From contig DASUEB010000025.1 in NCBI GenBank assembly GCA_036275295.1, positions 34,332-98,331 on the forward strand: 64,000 nucleotides of DNA. The letters run 5' to 3'. Shown here one piece after another: positions 27,556-37,214 of the stretch. Within the stretch, counting starts at the first letter, position 1. Each line of letters starts with the position of its first letter. This DNA is from Luteibaculaceae bacterium (GTDB lineage: Bacteria; Bacteroidota; Bacteroidia; Flavobacteriales_D; Luteibaculaceae). Made by a program: the position numbers and the translations under genes. The notes beneath the pieces were generated by a model. The model was not told where the DNA came from. It searched no databases and was given only the letters and a program-made list of their open reading frames with translations.

Positions 27556-29019
27556 TTAATAATCTCTCAATTTTGCCGAAGGCACTGCAGTGCGAACATC
27601 GCGAAGGTATTTTTCGGCTTTGATCCGATCGCCACTTCGCGCCACACAAACTCCAAAACGACCGTCTTTGAATTGGATCACCGCCACGTTGTAACCCATG
27701 CGGGCATAGCGATCTGAACTCTCCACGGCATCTTCAATCGCTCCAAATTCAGAAACTACAATCTGGAATTTCGAGTATATGCTCTCGTTGCTTCGAAAAG
27801 CCTTTCCACTTGCAATGACTTCTTCAGACTCCGTTTTAGTGGGCTCTGTTTTTTTGGTTTCTACCGGTTTTACGGGTGTAGGAGTGGGGGTGGTTGTTTT
27901 AGGTGCGGTGTTGGCGGGAGTTTTACTAGCCGTGGTAGTCTTGTTATCGGCTGTTCCGCTGACCGGTTTGGTGGTCGTTGGTTTCGCAGTGCTGTTGTTT
28001 GCCAGTGCTTTTGAATCGGTGGTTGACTTGGCTGGTTCAGTCTTTTTCTGAACCACGGGAGTCTTGGTCGGTTCTGTTTTCTTTACCGGTTCAGCCACCT
28101 TCTTGGGCTCCTCCTTTTTGACAACCGCAGCAACTTTGGGTTTCTCCTCTTTTTTAGCAGGTACAGCAACCTCTTTCTTTTCTTCGGGAACCCCTGATTT
28201 GCTGTCTTTCACAAACTGATCCAGTTGTGTGGCCTCGATATCGAGTCGATCGGGAGTATCAAAACTTTTCTGACCGTTGCGGGGCTGGTATACCTCGGCA
28301 ACTGCGGTTTCGGCAGATGGCTTGGCTTCGGCGGGCGCAGGTTCTTCCTTCTGTTCCTTTTTCAACCCAGCAGCTGCAAGAAGCTTATCGGCCATTTGTT
28401 TACCGGGATCGGTGAGTTTGAAAAATGCAAACGCACCACCGCCACCTAGCAGAAGCAAAACACTAATCCAAAGGACCAAGCGCGACTTCTTACGCTCTTT
28501 CTTCTCCTTTTTCTTCTTTTCTTTCTTGCCCTTTTTAGGCGCCATTTCCTCCTCTCCGAAAACCGGATCTGGAACTTGAATATCGGGATATTCGGGTTTG
28601 GCTCCCGTCAATTCAATATCGGGTAATCCATAGCTTTGGGGCACAAAGTTTTGATCGGGATCTGGGAAAAAATTGAGGTTATCCAATCCATCGATGATGA
28701 ATTTACCCAGCGAATCAATAACCCATGGGTTTCCGCGGTGCAGGCGGTGATTGATTTCCTCAACAAATTCGGCTATGTGCTGACTTGCGGTTTCTTTGGA
28801 TATGCGTTCTTGTCGGGCATAGAATGTGCACAACACACCGTCGTCGGCTTTGTTCGTGGCGTCGTAGCTCACCTTGCGGCGGGGCGGGTAGATTACATTG
28901 TTCTTTGAATCTACCATTGCCGGAATATCGGTGGCGTTAAATGCACCAAAACCGGGTAACACTACCATATCGTGTGTTACCAGTAGCTCCTTGAGCGCTC
29001 GTTCTAATTTGTCTTCCAT
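27556..29019 (-). CDS. SPOR-domain protein with HU-like N-terminal domain and low-complexity linker
   Basis: N-terminal VVLPGFGAFNA (HU/CCDC81-like), a KKEKKKKEKKERKK stretch plus a TM helix, a long P/T/K-rich linker, and a C-terminal SPOR-like region (FQIVVSEFG...GYNVAVIQF). Confidence 0.7.
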   Translation of the reverse strand: MEDKLERALKELLVTHDMVVLPGFGAFNATDIPAMVDSKNNVIYPPRRKVSYDATNKADDGVLCTFYARQERISKETASQHIAEFVEEINHRLHRGNPWVIDSLGKFIIDGLDNLNFFPDPDQNFVPQSYGLPDIELTGAKPEYPDIQVPDPVFGEEEMAPKKGKKEKKKKEKKERKKSRLVLWISVLLLLGGGGAFAFFKLTDPGKQMADKLLAAAGLKKEQKEEPAPAEAKPSAETAVAEVYQPRNGQKSFDTPDRLDIEATQLDQFVKDSKSGVPEEKKEVAVPAKKEEKPKVAAVVKKEEPKKVAEPVKKTEPTKTPVVQKKTEPAKSTTDSKALANNSTAKPTTTKPVSGTADNKTTTASKTPANTAPKTTTPTPTPVKPVETKKTEPTKTESEEVIASGKAFRSNESIYSKFQIVVSEFGAIEDAVESSDRYARMGYNVAVIQFKDGRFGVCVARSGDRIKAEKYLRDVRTAVPSAKLRDY

Positions 29020-29053
29020 AGTGCGAATCGTCGGCCTAAGTTATGGATTTCCG

Positions 29054-29800
29054 TTAAAGTAGATTTGATTGCTGCAATATTACACTTAAATCTTCTGGGG
29101 TGTCAACAGCTGGGGTTTCAAACTCTGTGATGGCTGTTTTAATCCTAAAGCCCCCTTCCAGCCATCTCAATTGCTCTAAACTCTCAGCCATCTCTAGCTT
29201 ACTGGGGGGTAAAAGAACCAGCTCTCGCAGGATTTCTGCTCGAAAAGCATACATACCCAAGTGCTTGTAAAACGATCCGTGACGGTGCCAATTGTCTGCA
29301 TCTACTCCTCTTAGGTAAGGAATGGCCTGCCTGCTGAAATAAAGTGCCTCGCCTTTTAGGTTAGTAACCACTTTAACTTTGTTGGGCTGGTGAATCTCGC
29401 TGGGCTCAGCCTTTTTGATAAGGGTTCCGATCTGAGTGCTTGGATCCTTAAAGAGCGAAATGAGCTGCTGAATCTGTTCGCTTTTTACAAAAGGCTCGTC
29501 GCCTTGCACATTGATCACCAAATCCGGCTTTGCATTTATGTTCTCCAACGCCTCGGCAACTCGATCGGTTCCACTCGGATGGGTCGACTTAGTCATTACG
29601 CCTTGAGCACCGAGATCTCTGACATGATTTAGTATTCGGTCGTCATCGGTTGCTACCCAAACCGCTGAATCGCCCACCGCTGCTGAACAACGCTCAACAA
29701 CCCGCTGAATCATCGTTTTTCCATGGATCATAGCCAGTGGCTTGCCAGGAAAACGCGTGGAGGCATATCGCGCCGGAATAATAACTAGAACCGAATTCAT
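29054..29800 (-). CDS. kdsB: 3-deoxy-manno-octulosonate cytidylyltransferase
   Basis: VIIPARYASTRFPGKPL and NVQGDEP motifs. Confidence 0.9.
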   Translation of the reverse strand: MNSVLVIIPARYASTRFPGKPLAMIHGKTMIQRVVERCSAAVGDSAVWVATDDDRILNHVRDLGAQGVMTKSTHPSGTDRVAEALENINAKPDLVINVQGDEPFVKSEQIQQLISLFKDPSTQIGTLIKKAEPSEIHQPNKVKVVTNLKGEALYFSRQAIPYLRGVDADNWHRHGSFYKHLGMYAFRAEILRELVLLPPSKLEMAESLEQLRWLEGGFRIKTAITEFETPAVDTPEDLSVILQQSNLL

Positions 29801-29814
29801 TGGCGAACTTTTTC

Positions 29815-29822
29815 CAAATCTA
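29815..29822 (-). promoter_or_regulatory. -7 promoter box TAGATTTG for kdsB
   Basis: Exact TAnnTTTG on the minus strand, 14 nt upstream of ATG 29800. Confidence 0.45.
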
Positions 29823-29835
29823 GTACTTTGACTCT

Positions 29836-30936
29836 ATGAAAAATACCGAAGACCTGTTTTTCCAACTGGCTCTTTATCAGGTAGAAGGGATTGGACCTGT
29901 TCTAGCCAGGCAACTCATACAGCATTTTGGTTCGGCAAAAGAGGTGATGAATGCGCGCAAACACCAACTGAGCCGCGTGCCGGGCATTGGTCCTACCCTG
30001 AGTAAACGATTTGCACAAGCGGGTTATTACGAGCGGGCTGAACGGGAAATCAAAGCCATGGAGCGATTGCAGATCACCGCTTTGACACCCGAAGACGATC
30101 GGTACCCTTCGCTGCTAAAAGCCTGTTTTGATGCTCCTCAACTTCTGTTTATCCGCGGTGAGGGCTGGGAACATCAATTGCGGACAGTAAGTGTGGTGGG
30201 CACCCGCTCACCCACGGCTTATAGCTTGAATGAAACGCGACACCTTATTGAAGGATTGCAGTCGACCGGCGTATGCATTGTAAGCGGGCTGGCTCGCGGC
30301 ATTGATACCCGCGCTCATCAGACCGCTGTCGACCTCAACATCCCTACATTTGCGGTATTGGCCCACGGACTCGACCGCGTTTACCCCTACGAAAATAAAA
30401 CGCTATCCAAACAAATTGAACAAAACGGCTGCGTGATCAGCGAGCGCCTTACGGGCACTCTACCCGACCGCGACAATTTCCCCTCTCGAAATCGTATCGT
30501 TGCAGGGTTATCGATGGCCACCGTGGTAATGGAAACAGGCGTAAAAGGGGGCTCGATGATTACCGCTAACATGGCATTTGATTACTCAAGAGATGTTTTT
30601 GCCCTACCCGGTCGTATTACCGAGCCCTCTTTTCAAGGATGTCTGCACCTTATCAGCCAACAAAAGGCGCAGGTATATACCTCAGTAGAAAACTTGTGTA
30701 CCCAATTAAACCTGAATCAAAAAAACCAAGCCCATACCCAAACTCGACTATTCATGGAGTGTGATCCCCGCTTTGAACCCGTCCTCTCGTGTTTGGTGAG
30801 TGGACCCAAAACGATAGACCAACTCATTGCACAGCTCAATCAGCCAGGCTCCAAACTGTCGGGGATTTTGCTCGAGATGGAGATCGAAGGATGGATCCAT
30901 TACCTCCCCGGCAGCCGAGTGGAAAGATGCGCTTGA
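29836..30936 (+). CDS. dprA: DNA-processing protein DprA
   Basis: VVGTRSPT...SGLARGIDTRAH Rossmann-like DprA core. Confidence 0.9.
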   Translation: MKNTEDLFFQLALYQVEGIGPVLARQLIQHFGSAKEVMNARKHQLSRVPGIGPTLSKRFAQAGYYERAEREIKAMERLQITALTPEDDRYPSLLKACFDAPQLLFIRGEGWEHQLRTVSVVGTRSPTAYSLNETRHLIEGLQSTGVCIVSGLARGIDTRAHQTAVDLNIPTFAVLAHGLDRVYPYENKTLSKQIEQNGCVISERLTGTLPDRDNFPSRNRIVAGLSMATVVMETGVKGGSMITANMAFDYSRDVFALPGRITEPSFQGCLHLISQQKAQVYTSVENLCTQLNLNQKNQAHTQTRLFMECDPRFEPVLSCLVSGPKTIDQLIAQLNQPGSKLSGILLEMEIEGWIHYLPGSRVERCA

Positions 30937-30995
30937 GAATACGTTTCAGCGGTATTTGCGTGAAGAAACCCTTCACTCAAACACCGCTGCTCCGT

Positions 30996-32087
30996 TTAAA
31001 ATCCAGACGACCTCAGGGATTTAATCTTTTCAAAATGGCTCTGATGGATTGATTTTTCCCGAAGCGAGTTTGCCTTTTGTCCGCGGTATGATTTAACAAA
31101 TTGAATTCTATCTTGCGTCATGGGGTGCGTGCGAAGAAAACTGGGCACCATGTCGCTGTTGTTTTCCTTTTCGGCCTTTTGGAGCGTCTTAAACAATTTG
31201 ATCAGGCCCGCACGCGAGTATCCGTTTGATTCGAGGAAATTCACGGCATGACCGTCTGCTTCTGTTTCCAAGCTTCGGCTGTAAACCAATTCTTTGATTG
31301 AATTCACACGTGATAAAGCGGCATCACCCAACCCCTCGTAACTGCCCAACACCAGGCTGAGCATCGCTTGCCCAATCAGGGCGCGGCTTATGGCCTTAGT
31401 ACTGTGCCGCATAAAAGTATGGCCGCTTTCATGTCCCAAAAGCGCTGCGAGCTCTTCAACCGTTTTACACGAATCGAGCAGTGCAGAATACACAAAAATA
31501 TATCCCCCGGGCAGGGCAAAGGCGTTGAGCTCATCACTTTCAATCACCTTGATATCCACTTCAAAAGGCGCTTGATCGTTTTTGAAACCCTTAAAAAACT
31601 CCGTTACGGCCTTGCTCTCGGCCGTCAAAATGGTGTTCTCCTCCACCACCACCTGGCTCATGGTCTTTCCCCAGTCTCGATCGTATCGAACCGGCAATTG
31701 TTCAACCACCACCTCCGACAGCCAAGGAATGCCCCAGAAATAACCAGCTGGAAAGGCCGCAAGAACCAGAACAAGAATTCCCGCTAACAAGCCATGGCGC
31801 GCATTGAGCGATAAAAAGAGTCCGCCACTGCTTTTATTTTGAATCAGTGATTTAACCCTTTCGATCTCACCTTCAACACAGACCACGTGTACCAAAGGGT
31901 CGTCGAGTAATTTTATTTTGTCACCACTGCTGCTGTCGAATATAACAGTATTCATGGGCCAGTGAAGTTCTTGACCAGTCCCCTCCGCATCGACAAAAGA
32001 AACTAATAACGTTGAACCCTCTATTCCCACAGCGCAACGGTGTGGATAGGAGGATTTCCCGTCGAAAAAAAAGCCGTTAATCATCAC
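30996..32087 (-). CDS. M48-family zinc metallopeptidase with N-terminal extra domain and TM anchor
   Basis: HESGHTFMRH (HExxH) plus downstream E...ADGHA. A TM segment lies around residues 95-115. Confidence 0.85.
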   Translation of the reverse strand: MMINGFFFDGKSSYPHRCAVGIEGSTLLVSFVDAEGTGQELHWPMNTVIFDSSSGDKIKLLDDPLVHVVCVEGEIERVKSLIQNKSSGGLFLSLNARHGLLAGILVLVLAAFPAGYFWGIPWLSEVVVEQLPVRYDRDWGKTMSQVVVEENTILTAESKAVTEFFKGFKNDQAPFEVDIKVIESDELNAFALPGGYIFVYSALLDSCKTVEELAALLGHESGHTFMRHSTKAISRALIGQAMLSLVLGSYEGLGDAALSRVNSIKELVYSRSLETEADGHAVNFLESNGYSRAGLIKLFKTLQKAEKENNSDMVPSFLRTHPMTQDRIQFVKSYRGQKANSLREKSIHQSHFEKIKSLRSSGF

Positions 32088-32263
32088 CTCAGTTTAAGCA
32101 TATATTTACTGAACAGCTGCCTAACGCAGTTGAAAACAACTTATGCCACAGTTCGCTGTTTATGAGCTCACTGTAGCATAAGATGGAGATATTATGTTGC
32201 GCCAAATCCCAACTCGAGCCGTCTTTGCTGCGCAGGGGTACTTAACTGACGCGAAACGCGGGT

Positions 32264-33268
32264 TTAAACGAACCCCAGGTCCAGCCAATCGCTCAAATCT
32301 TCGCCCATGGCCTCGCTGTAATCTTGCTCATTTTGGGTCACCAAGGTTGGATCGAAGGCGGGATCAATTTCAAAACCACCGAACGTGTATCGCAAGGTTC
32401 GTACATCTGCCCAAGGCTTGCCAATACCCAAGGTGAAGAAGATTAACAGGCTATTGACAACCGTCCACCGAAACATTTGACCTACTGTCATAATAGACGT
32501 GCATCTGTAGGCCGATTCGCGGTGTTGAATCACCAAATTACCCACCAAGAAACGGTAATAGTCGCGGTAAAACCAAAATAGGTAAATCCCTAAGGTTAGT
32601 GGCGTTAAAAAGATGAACTTGAGGTAGAGTACAAATAAATCGGTTCCTCGGCCGGTAAATGAAAATTGGGCGTCGCCAAAGCGGGTGTTGTTAAAGAGGT
32701 ACTTGTACATTTTGGCAATGAACCACGGACCGTATAATCCCAGGGTAATCAGGGTGAGTAGTCCGTTTACGGCGAAAAGCTTCATAAATTCACCTAAATG
32801 TCCGCGATAACCAAAACGGATACCTGACCACGACGTCTTGGCCATGCGGTATTTCATTGCTCCGTGAATAGCCAAAGGGAAAATGATGAGGAAAAAAGCC
32901 AGCATCAAACCGTAAACCTGAGCCAAGATCACGAGCGCATCCGAAGGATTAGGCACCTCATCGTTGGATAGAATTACAAAAATGAAAATGGCATAAAACG
33001 CGGCCACCAAAAGGATTCCTTTTATGTAACCCAAAAACATCTCTCGGCCGGTGCCGTGAAATTCAAAGCGCTGCCCTTTGAAGGACGTTTGTCCGTAAAC
33101 GTATTTCAGGCGACGTTCTCGGGCCCATGGATGATAGAATCCAAGGGTAATGATTTTGAGCAAGAAATTGATAAATACAATTTCAAATAAAGAAGCGCCA
33201 TCGCCGTGAAAGCGAAGCTGGTTTTGGGACTCAGGGTTCCAGGGATTGTTTTGTTGCATTTGAGACAC
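32264..33268 (-). CDS. YjgN/DUF898-family membrane protein
   Basis: Two repeats of the F.G.G..LF.....N.LL...TLG.Y.PW pattern (FHGDGASLFEIVFINFLLKIITLGFYHPW and the later ...LTLITLGLYGPW, ...FFTLGIGKPW). Confidence 0.7.
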   Translation of the reverse strand: MSQMQQNNPWNPESQNQLRFHGDGASLFEIVFINFLLKIITLGFYHPWARERRLKYVYGQTSFKGQRFEFHGTGREMFLGYIKGILLVAAFYAIFIFVILSNDEVPNPSDALVILAQVYGLMLAFFLIIFPLAIHGAMKYRMAKTSWSGIRFGYRGHLGEFMKLFAVNGLLTLITLGLYGPWFIAKMYKYLFNNTRFGDAQFSFTGRGTDLFVLYLKFIFLTPLTLGIYLFWFYRDYYRFLVGNLVIQHRESAYRCTSIMTVGQMFRWTVVNSLLIFFTLGIGKPWADVRTLRYTFGGFEIDPAFDPTLVTQNEQDYSEAMGEDLSDWLDLGFV

Positions 33269-34103
33269 GTTTTAGGGGTAGGATATATCCTACTGAAATG
33301 TTGTGCTCAAAGTAGTTAATTTTTGTTTCCGCCGACACCTTATCGCGAATTATCATGATGTCCCATAGACCGATATGGCCAACCCGGTACATGTTCTCAA
33401 TAAAAAATCGGCCGTAGGTAAGGCGAGTGGTAGCATTGACGGATATGCCCCAACCCGCAAAATGGATGGATGGATTTCGATAAAAATTTCCAAACAGGCG
33501 GGTGTCGGTCCAAGGACAAACCGGCCCTGTTCCAAATCCGGCTAGTGCATCAACCTTAAGTGGCAGTCTTTTCGGATGCCAGAGAGGAAAGGCATAATCG
33601 ATATTGGCATGGATGTAGTTCAGTCCATCGGTGTGCTCCATGCGAAGCAGCCTGTTGCTGAGGTCTATTTCCTCCCCACTATAGGTTCCGGCGTACTGAT
33701 TTTGGGTAAAATTATCCCCGCGATTGATGTAGCCGTTGATGCGCACCCGTTGACCGTCGCTCACCACGTATTTCAAGTGATCCCAACCCCCAGAAATATG
33801 CCAGCGCTGATCGATGATAACCCCAGCGCGGAAGTTGAACTGAGGAATGGTGAAATTGCCCGGATTGATATAGGCATCGGCCGAAAAAGGCTCAGGATCA
33901 TCATGGGCTTGAACATCCTGCAATTCAAATTGATAAGCCTCCCCTCCATCAATGGAAAGCGATGTAGGGAGATATCGCGATCGGTTGTACCCCCAGTGAA
34001 AAAAAAGATCGTAACTGTGCAACTTCGAACTGGGCTGTGCATAACTTGGCACACTAATTGCAATACCCAAAAAAACAAACCAACTCCGGAAACGGGCACT
34101 CAT
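33231..34103 (-). CDS. probable outer-membrane beta-barrel protein, function unknown
   Basis: Signal peptide ending SYAQ and alternating aromatic/polar beta-strand pattern. The 3' end overlaps the DUF898 start by about 29-38 nt. Confidence 0.55.
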   Translation of the reverse strand: MSARFRSWFVFLGIAISVPSYAQPSSKLHSYDLFFHWGYNRSRYLPTSLSIDGGEAYQFELQDVQAHDDPEPFSADAYINPGNFTIPQFNFRAGVIIDQRWHISGGWDHLKYVVSDGQRVRINGYINRGDNFTQNQYAGTYSGEEIDLSNRLLRMEHTDGLNYIHANIDYAFPLWHPKRLPLKVDALAGFGTGPVCPWTDTRLFGNFYRNPSIHFAGWGISVNATTRLTYGRFFIENMYRVGHIGLWDIMIIRDKVSAETKINYFEHNISVGYILPLKRVSNATKQSLEP

Positions 34104-34109
34104 TATAAC

Positions 34110-34117
34110 TAATTTTG
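34110..34117 (+). promoter_or_regulatory. -7 promoter box TAATTTTG (near-leaderless geometry)
   Basis: Exact TAnnTTTG, 6 nt upstream of ATG 34124. Confidence 0.4.
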
Positions 34118-34123
34118 CTGCAA

Positions 34124-34321
34124 ATGAAAGAAGTAAATCAACCGCTGAAGTCGATCGCCCTTATTTTTTTTCTGGCGGCCAGCATGTGCATGGCCTGTAA
34201 ATCAACCATCACCACCAGTTCTACGGCTGATAAACCAACGGCTACTGCCCCCTCCGATACGGTGAAGAAAAAATCGCTTCCCACCGCCACTTTTGAAACC
34301 AAACCATTACCTGTTGAATAA
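34124..34321 (+). CDS. small lipoprotein
   Basis: Signal plus lipobox (ASMCMAC), S/T/P-rich mature part. Confidence 0.45.
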   Translation: MKEVNQPLKSIALIFFLAASMCMACKSTITTSSTADKPTATAPSDTVKKKSLPTATFETKPLPVE

Positions 34322-34331
34322 TTTGAATCGT

Positions 34332-34556
34332 ATGAAACCAATCATTGCCCTATCCCTAATCCTGGCCGTGGCCAGTTCATGTGTGGTAAGAACTCCTCGC
34401 CCCGTGATTGTAAAACAGAAAAAATCAACGGTTGTCGTTCAACCCGCAAAAGACAATGGCCTTCACAAAGGTCACTACAAAAAGGGTGGCCCTAAAGGCA
34501 ACAACGGAAACGGAAACGGAAACGGAAACGGAAAAAATAAAGGCCCGAAAAAATAA
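34332..34556 (+). CDS. small basic lipoprotein with (Asn-Gly)5 repeat
   Basis: MKPIIALSLILAVASSC lipobox. Contains the perfect hexanucleotide repeat (AACGGA)x5. Confidence 0.5.
   Translation: MKPIIALSLILAVASSCVVRTPRPVIVKQKKSTVVVQPAKDNGLHKGHYKKGGPKGNNGNGNGNGNGKNKGPKK
34503..34532 (+). repeat. (AACGGA)x5 perfect in-frame hexanucleotide repeat
   Basis: Read directly from the sequence; encodes NGNGNGNGNG. Confidence 0.95.
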
Positions 34557-34559
34557 GAT

Positions 34560-34943
34560 ATGATTGCTGGCATTCACCACATCGCAATCCTTGTTGATGA
34601 CCTGAATGTTTCGCTTTCTTTTTACTGCGAGGTGCTGGGATTCACTGTTGAATCCCGGCATTACCGCAGCGAGCGCTCTTCGTGGAAGGTCGACTTGAGC
34701 CTCAACGGCACCTACTGCATCGAACTATTCACCTTTCCCGATGCGCCTGACCGGCTGACTCACCCCGAAGCAAAAGGTCTCCGTCATTTGGCTTTCGCCG
34801 TTAAAAACATTGCCGCATTCAGAGACTACCTAGAAAGTCACGGGGTGGCATGTCAGACCCTGCAAGTCGACCCCTACACCCAAAAAAAATACTTCTTTTT
34901 CGCTGACCCCAGTAAACTTCCGCTGGAGGCTTATGAAATTTAA
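34560..34943 (+). CDS. VOC (glyoxalase/bleomycin-resistance/dioxygenase) family protein
   Basis: GIHHIAILVDDLNVSLSFYCEVLGF N-terminus. Confidence 0.8.
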   Translation: MIAGIHHIAILVDDLNVSLSFYCEVLGFTVESRHYRSERSSWKVDLSLNGTYCIELFTFPDAPDRLTHPEAKGLRHLAFAVKNIAAFRDYLESHGVACQTLQVDPYTQKKYFFFADPSKLPLEAYEI

Positions 34944-35113
34944 GGCTTCTTGGATGCGTCCATAAAACGCTTGATCTCCAGAAGCAATCCGCTGAAAAAA
35001 GCCACTGCACCTGAGACCAAAAACAGGGTAGACCAATTGCGCCGTTGGCGATTTGCCAACCCCGCCCCGCCTAACAAGGCGCCTACTGCCATCAAAAGCC
35101 AATTCCTCTTCAT
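34940..35113 (-). CDS. possible small two-helix membrane protein
   Basis: MKRNWLLMAVGALLGGAGLA...LFLVSGAVAFFSGLLL. No promoter box seen, and it lies downstream of the accC terminator, so it may be spurious. Confidence 0.3.
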   Translation of the reverse strand: MKRNWLLMAVGALLGGAGLANRQRRNWSTLFLVSGAVAFFSGLLLEIKRFMDASKKP

Positions 35114-35181
35114 TGTTTCTGCTGTTTGTCCAAATGGTGCAGTACGCCGTTTGACCCGCCTGCCCATTTTGGTATTTATAC

Positions 35182-35209
35182 AAAAGGCTGAACGATTGTC
35201 CAGCCTTTT
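35182..35209 (-). terminator. terminator hairpin after accC
   Basis: Perfect 9-bp arms AAAAGGCTG / CAGCCTTTT, 10-nt loop, U-rich on both strands. Confidence 0.6.
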
Positions 35210-35216
35210 GAGTTTC

Positions 35217-36584
35217 TTATTTCAGGTTAAAAGTTTCTAAAAACTTGGTATTGAAATCGCCTGCCCTGAATTTTTCGTCTTCCATCAGTTGAATGTGAAA
35301 GGGAATCGTGGTTTTTACTCCCTCAATCACAAACTCGCTCAACGCGCGCTGCATGGTTTGAATGGCCTCCTCCCGCGTTTGGGCTACGGTGATCAACTTG
35401 GCAATCATTGAATCGTAATACGGCGGTATGTTATAGCCTGCGTATACGTGCGTATCGATGCGCACTCCGTGGCCACCTGGGCTGTGGTAATTGGTAATTC
35501 TGCCTGGCGAAGGACGAAAATCGTTGTATGGATCTTCGGCGTTGATACGGCACTGAATAGAGTGCATCAACGGTTCGTAGTTCTTTCCGCTGATGGGCTC
35601 GCCGGCTGCAATCTTGATCTGCTCTTTCACCAGATCGTAATTGATTACCTCCTCGGTAATGGTATGTTCTACTTGAATACGGGTATTCATCTCCATGAAG
35701 TAGAAATTCCGGTGTTTGTCGACCAAGAATTCTACCGTTCCCACTCCTTCGTAGTTAATCGCCTTAACGGCCTTGATTGCCGCATCGCCCATGGCTTTGC
35801 GCAATTCAGGGGTCATAAAAGGCGATGGGGTTTCTTCCACCAGCTTTTGGTGACGGCGCTGAATAGAGCAATCGCGCTCTGAGAGGTGACACGCCGTACC
35901 GTATTGGTCACCGGCTACTTGGATTTCGATGTGACGAGGTTCTTCAATGAATTTCTCCATGTAGATCCCGTCGTTGCCAAAAGCGGCTCCGGCTTCGCGG
36001 CGAGCTGTTTCCCACGCATTTTGGAGGTCTTCTTCCTTCCAAACCACTCGCATTCCTTTTCCACCACCACCGGCAGTAGCTTTCAGAATGATGGGGTATT
36101 TAATCTTAACGGCTAGTTTTTTAGCTTCCTCCAAGTCGGCGATCAAGCCATCGGAACCGGGAATACACGGAACGCCGGCTTTTTTCATGGTGTCTTTAGC
36201 CGAGGCCTTATCGCCCATGGCTTCGATCTGTTCAGGAGTAGCGCCAATAAACTTGATGTTGTGCTCCTTGCAAATGCGAGAAAACTTGGCGTTTTCGCTC
36301 AAGAAACCGTATCCGGGGTGAATGGCGTCGGCATTGGTGATTTCAGCAGCGGCGATGATATTCGCCATTTTGAGATAACTCTCTGAACTTTGGGGAGGGC
36401 CAATACATACGGCCTCATCGGCGAAACGCACGTGCAATGAATCTCTGTCGGCTTGCGAATAAACCGCTACCGTACTGATTCCCATTTCCTTACAAGTTCT
36501 AATGATGCGAAGCGCAATTTCGCCTCGGTTAGCAATGAGGATCTTCTTAAACATCTTCACTGCCGTATCTTTCTTTTTTGCCAT
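35217..36584 (-). CDS. accC: acetyl-CoA carboxylase, biotin carboxylase subunit
   Basis: [17 protein letters not shown]-grasp motifs (GGGGKGMR). An alternative start is MFKKIL at 36554. Confidence 0.95.
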   Translation of the reverse strand: MAKKKDTAVKMFKKILIANRGEIALRIIRTCKEMGISTVAVYSQADRDSLHVRFADEAVCIGPPQSSESYLKMANIIAAAEITNADAIHPGYGFLSENAKFSRICKEHNIKFIGATPEQIEAMGDKASAKDTMKKAGVPCIPGSDGLIADLEEAKKLAVKIKYPIILKATAGGGGKGMRVVWKEEDLQNAWETARREAGAAFGNDGIYMEKFIEEPRHIEIQVAGDQYGTACHLSERDCSIQRRHQKLVEETPSPFMTPELRKAMGDAAIKAVKAINYEGVGTVEFLVDKHRNFYFMEMNTRIQVEHTITEEVINYDLVKEQIKIAAGEPISGKNYEPLMHSIQCRINAEDPYNDFRPSPGRITNYHSPGGHGVRIDTHVYAGYNIPPYYDSMIAKLITVAQTREEAIQTMQRALSEFVIEGVKTTIPFHIQLMEDEKFRAGDFNTKFLETFNLK

Positions 36585-36601
36585 ACATGTGGGTTAAAAG
36601 T

Positions 36602-36627
36602 GAAAATGACCTCAAGGGGTCATTTTC
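36602..36627 (-). other. strong hairpin between accB and accC
   Basis: Perfect 10-bp arms GAAAATGACC / GGTCATTTTC, 6-nt loop, followed on the minus strand by CACTTTTAA. Confidence 0.6.
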
Positions 36628-36649
36628 AGTAACAGTTGGTTTAAACGGA

Positions 36650-37162
36650 TTAAGCGGGTTCTACTAGGAACAATGGCTGATCGTATTCAACCGGAGAAGC
36701 GTCGTCAACAAGGACTTTAACGATACGTCCGCTCACTTCGCTTTCAATTTCATTGAAGAGTTTCATGGCCTCGATGATGCAAAGCACTTTACCGGGTTTG
36801 ATTTCGTCACCAATATTTACAAACGAGGGTTTGTCGGGTGAAGAAGCGCGGTAGAAGGTGCCGATCATGGGTGATTTGATGGTTACCAAGTTGGCATCGT
36901 TAGATGCAGCAGGGGCTGGCGCAGGAGAGGCAGCTGGCGCAGGAGCAGCTACAGGAGCTGGAGCGGCAGGAATGGCAACGGGTGCAGTTGGCAATGCGGG
37001 AACTGCTACTTGGATGGCTTGTGGAACGCCAGCGGGCAGCGAGGCGCCTTTCTTAGCATCCGATTTGATTATAATCTTGAAATCTTTTTTCTCGATCTCA
37101 ACTTCGGTCACGCCCGATTTTGAGACAAACTTTATAAGCTCTTGAATTTCATTAAGATTCAT
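36650..37162 (-). CDS. accB: acetyl-CoA carboxylase, biotin carboxyl carrier protein
   Basis: Ala/Pro-rich linker and biotinylation motif IEAMKLFNEI. Confidence 0.9.
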   Translation of the reverse strand: MNLNEIQELIKFVSKSGVTEVEIEKKDFKIIIKSDAKKGASLPAGVPQAIQVAVPALPTAPVAIPAAPAPVAAPAPAASPAPAPAASNDANLVTIKSPMIGTFYRASSPDKPSFVNIGDEIKPGKVLCIIEAMKLFNEIESEVSGRIVKVLVDDASPVEYDQPLFLVEPA

Positions 37163-37214
37163 CGCCGTATGGTTTAGGTAAGTTAACGATTAGTGAGCGA
37201 AGATATAAATATCC

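Noticed and set aside
27779-28579. Repetitive P/T/K-rich coding DNA in the SPOR-domain gene as a DNA-level repeat element
   Set aside because: It is a low-complexity linker within a continuous ORF. There is no exact tandem unit, and this is typical of SPOR and envelope-spanning proteins.
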